A stretch of 29,204 nt of DNA from an uncultured Ruminococcus sp. (lineage in GTDB: Bacteria > Bacillota > Clostridia > Oscillospirales > Ruminococcaceae), in assembly GCA_947177375.1 (NCBI GenBank), contig CAMWUF010000001.1:1-29204 (forward strand), given 5' to 3'. The position numbers were made by a program, and so were the translations under genes. The stretch's first letter is position 1. Every line of letters starts with the position of its first letter. This document shows positions 17,992 to 25,737 of this stretch, one piece after another. Under the pieces are notes generated by a model. It saw only the letters and a list, made by a program, of their open reading frames with translations, made no database searches and was not told the origin of the DNA.

Positions 17992-20454
17992 TTATTTATT
18001 TAAATTTTCACCGAACTTTGTAGAAATAATACTATATATCTTAGTATTTGTAGGGAATTTATTCTCAAATGGAATTGTACCGTATTCATCAGCATATATC
18101 AATCCTTTACCAGCACCAGCATTTGTAACATAACGCATTGTTTCAGGAGATATTTTCAAAAGTCTTGCAAGTTGTTCACGGTCAGTTGCATTTTGTGAAA
18201 GCATGACGACAAACTGCGTATTAGAAAGCATTGACCTTGCCATTTCTGAACGAAGTAAGTCCTCTACATTTTGGGTAATTCCAGTAGGAACACCGCCCCA
18301 CTTTCTAGCTCTTTTATAAAGCTCATAGAAGAAATTTGCCGACTGTTCCGACTTAAATAACAAGTACATTTCATCAATGTAAATTCTCGTACCTAGTCCT
18401 CTTAACCTATTTTTAGCAACTTTATCCCATAAATTTTCAAGCACAATCGTCATGCCAACAGTTTGGAGATTTTTACCCAAATCCTTAATGTCATAGACAA
18501 CGATTCGCTTATTGATATTCACATTTGATTCATTTGAAAAAACATTCATAGAGCCATGTACATATAAATGCAATGCTTGACGAAGGTAAGAAGCTGTCGA
18601 TTTTGTTTCATCTGTAGCATTTTCTTCATATTTCTGCAATTCTTCATAATATTCTTTTAGAGTAGCCCTTTGATGATTCTTGTAAGTGCTATGCATTACA
18701 TTATCAATAATTGTTTTCTGAATTGGGTTAATTTCTGAATTTCCTAAAATTGCTGAAAAGAATGATAGCAAAAAATCAAGTTTTGCTTTGATAGGGTCGT
18801 ATTCCTTATCCTCTTTATCTGGATTTTCTGTCAAATCCAGAGGATTAATATGTGTTTCTGAATTTGGTGAAATGTAAATCACTTCGCCCCCAAGAAATTC
18901 TACTAACGCACCATATTCTCGTTCAGGGTCTAGTATAAGAATTTCATCTTGTGTGGCTAAGAGAGCAAATAATATTTCAAGTTTCATCAAAAAGCTTTTC
19001 CCACTTCCAGGAACACCAAGAACAAAGCCATTTGGATTTTTTAATTTTCTTCTGTCAAATAAAATAATATTTTTTGTCATTTTATTGAGACCATAGTATA
19101 AACCGCCCTCGTGTAAAAGTTCTCTTGCATTGAACGGCATAAAAACCGCTGTACTTTCAGAAGATAATGTTCTCCTAACTTGAATGTTATGCTCTTTATC
19201 ACATGAAAACGAGTTACCTAACGGTAAAACACTTGAAAATGCCTGTTCTTGTCTATAAGAAGCATTGATAGGCTCAATCTGATGTTTCCGAAGAATTATT
19301 TCTAATGCCTCTGTATTTTTCTGTAATTCTTCATAACTATTAGCAGTTAGCATAATAATAAATTGGCATAAAGTCATCTTCTGATTACGTTCCTGCAAAT
19401 CTTGCAAAAATTCCTGTGCTTGTGCCTTATCGATTGCAAGTTGCGTCCCCTCTATTGGGTCAATGAATGCTCCATGTGATGCTTGTGCAGCTTTGCGAAC
19501 TTTATCAATTTCCTCCTGTTTCATATCTGTAATTTTTCTTTGCAACATAGTAAATGCTTCTGTTGGTTCTACAAACTCTACATTTTTACTAATGATAAGT
19601 GACTGGTTCATATCCACAATGTCTTTGAAAATAGTATCCTCAACTGATGTTGGCAATCTTTTGAAATAGATACATCGAGCAAATTTGTCATTATACATGA
19701 AATAGTCTTTTTTGAATTCAAAATAGTCAGGGCAACAAAGCAGTTTTTCTGATTTCCTTGCAAATTCTTCACGAGAAATGGGACGGATTTGTGTATTCAC
19801 ATCACGAAGTATGTCCGCCATTAGACGCACTCTATCATTGGCATTTAACGTAATTAATTCTGTTCCAAGTTGTTCCAGACAATTAATCAAGTGCGTTTCA
19901 ATATTGAAAAATCTAGTGCTTGCAGTTTCAAAGTTGATTGCTGACACTGTCACTGTGATAAATTTACGGCACTGCATTCCGTTCTGTCCCTGCATCATGT
20001 TATCTTGTAAAATTTCATTGAATTCGTTACGAAATTCATTCAGACCATCGTTTTTATTTTTTAACAGAATTTTTGCTTTAAATTCCTCTTTATTGAACTG
20101 TGTATTCAGAATTGTAACTTGCAGACTGATAGAACTATCAAAACCGTTCAGTAACTCAATATACAATTGCAATTTTTCAAGTTGTTGTTCTCTGGTGAGT
20201 GCTGAGTAGTTGATGTCTGGTACAAGATAGGTTTTAGAATATAAATTCGTTGTTTCTTTTCCGATTTTGACATTACTTTTTAGCAAACAAATGTAATTAC
20301 TAACAAAGCATTCATAAGGCATTGTTTGCATAGTAGTACGCTTAATTTTTCGCTTTTCTCTTGATTTTTTATTCTGTTCTTTTTCTTTTCTTAAATTCAA
20401 AACACGTTCTTTGTCAATTTCTTTTGCAGATTTTTTCAAAATTTTCACTCCCAT
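17992..20454 (-). CDS. virB4: VirB4-like T4SS ATPase (TraE/TrsE)
   Basis: Walker A GVPGSGKS (~18994-19017), ILDPEREY, Walker B IYIDE, RARKWGGVPTGITQN; directly follows prgI. Confidence 0.95.
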   Translation of the reverse strand: MGVKILKKSAKEIDKERVLNLRKEKEQNKKSREKRKIKRTTMQTMPYECFVSNYICLLKSNVKIGKETTNLYSKTYLVPDINYSALTREQQLEKLQLYIELLNGFDSSISLQVTILNTQFNKEEFKAKILLKNKNDGLNEFRNEFNEILQDNMMQGQNGMQCRKFITVTVSAINFETASTRFFNIETHLINCLEQLGTELITLNANDRVRLMADILRDVNTQIRPISREEFARKSEKLLCCPDYFEFKKDYFMYNDKFARCIYFKRLPTSVEDTIFKDIVDMNQSLIISKNVEFVEPTEAFTMLQRKITDMKQEEIDKVRKAAQASHGAFIDPIEGTQLAIDKAQAQEFLQDLQERNQKMTLCQFIIMLTANSYEELQKNTEALEIILRKHQIEPINASYRQEQAFSSVLPLGNSFSCDKEHNIQVRRTLSSESTAVFMPFNARELLHEGGLYYGLNKMTKNIILFDRRKLKNPNGFVLGVPGSGKSFLMKLEILFALLATQDEILILDPEREYGALVEFLGGEVIYISPNSETHINPLDLTENPDKEDKEYDPIKAKLDFLLSFFSAILGNSEINPIQKTIIDNVMHSTYKNHQRATLKEYYEELQKYEENATDETKSTASYLRQALHLYVHGSMNVFSNESNVNINKRIVVYDIKDLGKNLQTVGMTIVLENLWDKVAKNRLRGLGTRIYIDEMYLLFKSEQSANFFYELYKRARKWGGVPTGITQNVEDLLRSEMARSMLSNTQFVVMLSQNATDREQLARLLKISPETMRYVTNAGAGKGLIYADEYGTIPFENKFPTNTKIYSIISTKFGENLNK

Positions 20455-20834
20455 TCATCAATTTCGCCATTGTCTATTCTTTGTTGCATTGTATCCAGCA
20501 AAATCATTTCTTCATGTAAAGAACAAAACAAATTTACTTCTGTATCTTCATACACTCTTTTTTGTGGAAAAAAATTAAACATGAAAAACACTCTTGCAAA
20601 TTCTTCAAATTTCATATCTTTAAATTTCAAGAATCCCCATGCTGCAAATGGTGCAACTGAGAAAATTACAAGCCATGTCAATATATCTGATGGAATATGA
20701 CCATAACCAAACACTCCTAACGGAACGCCAACAGCCAAAGCTCCTCCAATAGCAAGTATTTGCCTAACCGACAATCCAGCGACCAATTTGCTTTTATATG
20801 CCTGTATTTCCGCTGGAATTTTTACTTCAATCAT
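20445..20834 (-). CDS. prgI: PrgI-family (VirB3-like) protein
   Basis: MIEVKIPAEIQAYKSKLVAGLSVRQ, two TM helices and KDMKFEEF, the typical PrgI pattern. Confidence 0.9.
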   Translation of the reverse strand: MIEVKIPAEIQAYKSKLVAGLSVRQILAIGGALAVGVPLGVFGYGHIPSDILTWLVIFSVAPFAAWGFLKFKDMKFEEFARVFFMFNFFPQKRVYEDTEVNLFCSLHEEMILLDTMQQRIDNGEIDEWE

Positions 20835-20851
20835 GCCTAAACCTCCTTATT

Positions 20852-22006
20852 TCAACCTATACCACATATCTTCTTTGACCATGAACCACTTTTTACAACG
20901 CCTAATCCTAATGAAATCAAAACCACTATTTGTAACATTCCGTTAGCTGATGGCATTCCGTTATCTGATACCATTCCAGTTGGATATAAACTGGCAATAT
21001 ATGTTGTCGTGGCTGAATATACCAAAAACATTACAACAATTACAGCTATTTGTAAAATCGTTGCAATATAGTTTTTGATAAAATTTTTAGCAACATCATG
21101 TGTTGTTTCTGAAGCAAATGTAGCAAGTGGCAACGGTGCAAAAATTGTGTAAATCGACAATTCAAACACACGACCAATCACAATAACAAAAATAACATAG
21201 GCGATGGCTTTTATCACTAAAAAATACGGCTGTAATAAAATTATTTCAAGTGTAGGCATGAAATTCATTGATGTAGTTGGATTAGCAAAAGCAGAGTTAG
21301 TTAAATCTGTTCCATCAGGGAATGTTGCATTAGGATAGAACATCTTCACAGAATCTTGCGATATAGAATAGTAAAAATCTTTATAATTTTCACCTGAAGC
21401 TCTCTCATACCAAAAATCCCACCATCCTTTTTGAACTTGTTCAACAATAGATTCTTTCACTCGCATATAATACGTAACAGGTGTACTATATGGCAAAAAA
21501 TCAATAGATGTACTTGTTGCAGCGTCATTAATAGATTTGAACCCTGCATACAAGTAACCAATAATAACATCTGCATTCTGCACTACTTGTTTTATCACAA
21601 TAATTTTTATCAGAAAAATCAAAATATTTTCCCATTTTGATGACCATTCAAAATTAATTGATTTTCTGAAAAAATCCACCATCAAAAGCAAAGTAGCAAC
21701 TACTAATGCCATTGTTTTAGAAGCATTTCTAACTGCAATTGCAATTGCTCCCGAAGACGTTCCGTCAAGGCTATTAACAACATCATACGGAGAAGTTTGC
21801 GAAAATGCAAAAGCCTTTTGCAAAATTTCATTCGTTTCTTTTACATTTTCTGTGATGGTAGCATATATATCTTGAATTTCAAAACCAAAAATGTCCGCAT
21901 GTGCTACTAATGGTGAAAAAATACTTATTACTCCAAAAAGAATAAAAAATAAATAAATTTTTGTTCGTATTGTTATTTTCCGTTGCGGTTGTATGTAACG
22001 ATTCAA
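20852..22006 (-). CDS. virB6: VirB6/TrbL-like polytopic T4SS channel protein
   Basis: TTG start with AGGAG RBS; several TM segments; GRVFELSIYTIFAPLPLATFASE...KNFIKNY motif. Confidence 0.85.
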   Translation of the reverse strand: MNRYIQPQRKITIRTKIYLFFILFGVISIFSPLVAHADIFGFEIQDIYATITENVKETNEILQKAFAFSQTSPYDVVNSLDGTSSGAIAIAVRNASKTMALVVATLLLMVDFFRKSINFEWSSKWENILIFLIKIIVIKQVVQNADVIIGYLYAGFKSINDAATSTSIDFLPYSTPVTYYMRVKESIVEQVQKGWWDFWYERASGENYKDFYYSISQDSVKMFYPNATFPDGTDLTNSAFANPTTSMNFMPTLEIILLQPYFLVIKAIAYVIFVIVIGRVFELSIYTIFAPLPLATFASETTHDVAKNFIKNYIATILQIAVIVVMFLVYSATTTYIASLYPTGMVSDNGMPSANGMLQIVVLISLGLGVVKSGSWSKKICGIG

Positions 22007-22020
22007 AATATCACACTCCT

Positions 22021-22518
22021 TTATACAAATTGTGGCAGAATCGCAGAAATTGACGCAATAATTGCCCCTGCACCTAGTGTTTTCAAGCCTGTGATTTTCG
22101 TAACAGCATTATTATCCTTAATGGCAAGTCCAAGCATAATTGCACCGATAAATAGTCCTGATACGCCAACTCTGCGTATCCAGCCACTAATGAAATTCAT
22201 GATAGCTGTAAACTCTGCATTAGCAGTAGCGTCAGTATACACAGTTGGGATATTAAATATACTCAATTCGTTTACAGCAGCCCTAATCATAAAGCCTGAT
22301 ACCATTGTCAGAATGCATTGTAACTTTTCTTTTGCATCTTCCGTATTCATAGATAACGCAAACTTAATTGCACCGATAAAAGCTACAAATCCGCCAATTC
22401 TTGCAATCCAAAGACTAAAGAATTCTATTCCGTCTTCGGCAAGTATATTTGGAGTCCCTACAGGTGGGTCAGGAAGAATATTTGCCAAAAAAGTGATTAC
22501 ACTTATCATATTTATCAT
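22021..22518 (-). CDS. Tandem double VirB2/Maff2-like pilin
   Basis: Two internal units, FF..WI.RIG....IGAI...L...A..K...I.T...G and FI..WIRRVG....IGAIMLGLAIKDNNA..K..GL.TL.AG; AGGAGG RBS. Confidence 0.75.
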   Translation of the reverse strand: MINMISVITFLANILPDPPVGTPNILAEDGIEFFSLWIARIGGFVAFIGAIKFALSMNTEDAKEKLQCILTMVSGFMIRAAVNELSIFNIPTVYTDATANAEFTAIMNFISGWIRRVGVSGLFIGAIMLGLAIKDNNAVTKITGLKTLGAGAIIASISAILPQFV

Positions 22519-22562
22519 TCTTGAGAATCCTCCTGTTCTTAATTTTTATTTTATATTTTATT

Positions 22563-22598
22563 GTCATTTGTCCCAGCACTTCTGCCAGGACAAATGAC
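22563..22598. terminator. Strong intergenic hairpin between the two pilin genes
   Basis: GTCATTTGTCC/GGACAAATGAC perfect 11-bp arms plus inner CAG/CTG; no U-tract on the coding (minus) strand. Confidence 0.6.
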
Positions 22599-22640
22599 TT
22601 TAGTAGAGAGAATTAAAAGTAATGAACAACACAATAAAAA

Positions 22641-23129
22641 TTAGGAGAACAAGTCAAACATATCTGCTGCCGTGCAGACTGCTGCAACAACAAATCCTGC
22701 AACTAAAGTTAGTAAACCTGTTTGTTTTTGTTCTGCGTTATTGTCTTTAATGGCAAGTCCAAACATGACAGCACCTACTAAAGCAACAAACATACCGATA
22801 CGTCTAAGCCATGTAATGAAGAATTCAATAACTGTTTGGTATGTACTGTCAGCACTTGTAGCACCTTCTAATTTGTAAATATTTGGCATAATTACAGCAA
22901 CATTTGCAATAGACACTTCTGATATTTCCATTGTAATAAAATCATCATTAGTAAGTACATCAGGAATTCCCTCTATAGTAGCAATAGTAGCATTAGAAGT
23001 AGAAACTTCTGTTGCATTTGCTGTCATAGGTACACAACTCAAGACAATTGCCATTGTTAGCACTGTCATCATCATAGTAAGAAATCTTGTCAAAATAGAC
23101 TTCTTTTTTCTCTTTATATCACTGTACAT
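22641..23129 (-). CDS. VirB2/Maff2-like pilin with N-terminal signal-like helix and Ser/Thr/acidic spacer (~162 aa)
   Basis: Start ATG 23129 after GAGGA; basic KRKKK, hydrophobic helix and ANA|TE cleavage-like site; C-terminal unit EFFITWLRRIG...GLAIKDNNAEQKQTGLLTLVAG. Confidence 0.75.
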   Translation of the reverse strand: MYSDIKRKKKSILTRFLTMMMTVLTMAIVLSCVPMTANATEVSTSNATIATIEGIPDVLTNDDFITMEISEVSIANVAVIMPNIYKLEGATSADSTYQTVIEFFITWLRRIGMFVALVGAVMFGLAIKDNNAEQKQTGLLTLVAGFVVAAVCTAADMFDLFS

Positions 23130-23169
23130 GATAAAATCCTCTTTTCTTAATCTTAGTTTTATGGAATGC

Positions 23170-25737
23170 TTATTCAAAAACATCCATATCAAAATCATCA
23201 ATTTCTTGCAATTCGTCGAATTCAGAAAATCCTTCACTAGAATATTCTTCTGTAACTGAAATAGATTCCAATTCTGTATCCTCTAAGTTGTCAATATATT
23301 CGGGGTCTTCTTCTGGCTTGTCATAGTATTTAGTGTCAGTATCCTGTTCTGGTTCATTTTCCTGATTTAAGGAAAGAATGACGGAAATTTCATCTTCATC
23401 ATTCAACACCTCCTCTCTCTGTTTGACAGATTCACCTAATTCTAGTGATTCTAGTTTTGAAACTTTCCCATATCGAGGCATTTCCTCAACATATTCTTCG
23501 GAAAATGTTTCTAACTCTGAAATATCACCATATTCAGGCGATTCCTCAATATATTCCTCTGAAATAGCTTCACTGTCATCTTCCTCATCGGCATACAATT
23601 CCGCTTCCTCATAGGTTTCAAATTGAATAGTAACTTTTGTTACCTGTGGTGGAGTATCATTTCGTTTAAAAATACTCTCTATTTTCTGATGTACTGTTTG
23701 TTCCTCTTTTTCAAGATTAACAGGTACATTTTTTTCTTTTTCAATTAATTTCTGTTGTTCTTCAAATTCTTTTACACTAACTGCTCTGACTGTCTTTACA
23801 TCATAGGCATTATCAGGATTATAATCCTCCAGAAACTGATAATTAGGATGTTTTTCTATTGGATACTTCGTGCAGTAAAACGGATTATGCGAACGTATTC
23901 TCACAATACAATCACTAATGGGCATTGTTGCCACCTCATTTGTCTGCATAAGTTCACGACCAAGAATGCTATTATTTTCAGATGTGCTTGGAGATTTCCC
24001 TTTTGTGCGGTTTTCACCTTTCACATCAATTGTTTCTTTTCCAAGTGCTTCGGAAATATATTTCAGAGTACTTTCTTCTTGTCCGCCTAGAAATAATAGA
24101 CTATCACAATTACCAGTGATAACTTCCCATGTTTTCTCATATTTTGCTTTTAGTTGGGCAAGGTTCTGAATGATAACATTTAAACTCATGCCCATAGAAC
24201 GCACAAAAGCAATTACTTTATCAAAATCTGGAATTTGTCCTATATTGGCAAATTCGTCCATAATACAACGTACATGAACGGGAAGTGTTCCACCATATTT
24301 GAAATTTGCACGATTCGACAGAACATCAAACATTTGCGTATACAGCATTGCAACAACAAAGTTATATGTTGAATCTGTTGCAGGAATAATCAAAAATAAT
24401 GCGGTTTTTCTGTCACCTATTGTTTCAAGTTTGATATTATCACAACAGGTTAAATTCATCATATTATTCATGTTGAACATAAAAGTTTTCACATTTGCAC
24501 TTGATAAAAATGATTGTCCTGTTTCTTCAGGGGCGTTTCTAACTTCCTTGTATAAACGACCAGCAAGCGTATCGCCTTTGCGTTTTTCAAGCTCTATGAA
24601 ATCTTTATCAAGTGGACACAAGAACGCTTTAAATTGTCTTGCACGGAAATCTTCTTCGCTTTCGTCTGGATTTCTTTCAAGGAAAAATCCATCAGGTGCT
24701 TGACTTCCTCGTGGTGGATATTGTAAACGTCTCATTTTCTCTGTTACAGAGAAGAAATTGAGATGTGAAATATCTCTCGTTTCTGGGATAATTTTTCCAT
24801 TTTCCTCAAATTTTGCGTCATATTCACTTTCTTCAAACAGCAAAAATGTGATTGCTTCAAGTAAAGATTGCCCTTTTTGACTCCAAAAGTCATCTTTTTC
24901 GCCATCGCCTTTGGTTGACTTAAAAAGCACATTTATCATTTTTTTGATATTATCCTGTGATAAATCGCCATTGTGGTCATAAACATAATGGAATGGATTA
25001 TAATTATTAGAATGCTCCATTTGAATTAGATTCAAAACATGCACTTTATAGCCTGCTTCAGTTAGCATTTTTCCTGTAGATTGCAGAATTTCGCCCTTTG
25101 GGTCTGTAATAACATACGAAGTGTTCAACTGCATAATATTAGGCTTTGCATAAAACCTAGTCTTACCAGAACCAGAACCGCCAATAATAAGTACATTCAA
25201 GTTTAGAAGATGTTGCCTTGCATTTAACGAAAGCTTTACTTCTTCCGTTAAAATAATGTTGTTATCAACAGTCACTCCCATAAATTCGCCTTTTTTGTCA
25301 AATACACGCTTTCCATCAGAAGTTAGAATTGGTCTAAATTCAGGTTTTTTTTCTTTTTCAGCTAGTGATTTCATTTCGCTGTCATCGCCCCATTTGGCAC
25401 TGCCATGCTCTACTCCTCTACGGTGCAAACGTTTCTTTTCTTCTGTGTATTTGTAAAGTGCATAAATACTTGTACAACAGATACCCATAAAACCCATCTT
25501 TCCAGCATAACCACCTTTTGTTTGTAAGGCTTTCGTAATCAAATCTGGATTGGACAGCACTCTATTCAAGCCTTGACCCAACAGATTCACATCCACTTTT
25601 CCATCAGATTTTAGAGAGTAATCCATAGCAGCACCTAGAATAAAAGAAAATATAATTATTAGTAAAATAACAATGCCATAAATAATTAATGTAGACATAC
25701 TTGTCTTTTTTGGCATTCCTGCTCTTGATTTCGCCAT
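23170..25737 (-). CDS. virD4: VirD4/TraG type IV coupling protein with long acidic C-terminal tail
   Basis: Two N-terminal TM segments, HGSAKW, Walker A GGSGSGKT, DPKGE, Walker B MDEFANIG, GNCDSLLFLGG. Confidence 0.96.
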   Translation of the reverse strand: MAKSRAGMPKKTSMSTLIIYGIVILLIIIFSFILGAAMDYSLKSDGKVDVNLLGQGLNRVLSNPDLITKALQTKGGYAGKMGFMGICCTSIYALYKYTEEKKRLHRRGVEHGSAKWGDDSEMKSLAEKEKKPEFRPILTSDGKRVFDKKGEFMGVTVDNNIILTEEVKLSLNARQHLLNLNVLIIGGSGSGKTRFYAKPNIMQLNTSYVITDPKGEILQSTGKMLTEAGYKVHVLNLIQMEHSNNYNPFHYVYDHNGDLSQDNIKKMINVLFKSTKGDGEKDDFWSQKGQSLLEAITFLLFEESEYDAKFEENGKIIPETRDISHLNFFSVTEKMRRLQYPPRGSQAPDGFFLERNPDESEEDFRARQFKAFLCPLDKDFIELEKRKGDTLAGRLYKEVRNAPEETGQSFLSSANVKTFMFNMNNMMNLTCCDNIKLETIGDRKTALFLIIPATDSTYNFVVAMLYTQMFDVLSNRANFKYGGTLPVHVRCIMDEFANIGQIPDFDKVIAFVRSMGMSLNVIIQNLAQLKAKYEKTWEVITGNCDSLLFLGGQEESTLKYISEALGKETIDVKGENRTKGKSPSTSENNSILGRELMQTNEVATMPISDCIVRIRSHNPFYCTKYPIEKHPNYQFLEDYNPDNAYDVKTVRAVSVKEFEEQQKLIEKEKNVPVNLEKEEQTVHQKIESIFKRNDTPPQVTKVTIQFETYEEAELYADEEDDSEAISEEYIEESPEYGDISELETFSEEYVEEMPRYGKVSKLESLELGESVKQREEVLNDEDEISVILSLNQENEPEQDTDTKYYDKPEEDPEYIDNLEDTELESISVTEEYSSEGFSEFDELQEIDDFDMDVFE
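23455..23570. repeat. 60-bp (20-aa) duplication in the VirD4 acidic tail
   Basis: ISEEYIEESPEYGDISELET / FSEEYVEEMPRYGKVSKLES. Confidence 0.8.

Noticed and set aside
23130-23237. Longer N-terminus of the first pilin gene
   Set aside because: It overlaps the virD4 3' end, and a GAGGA RBS supports ATG 23129.
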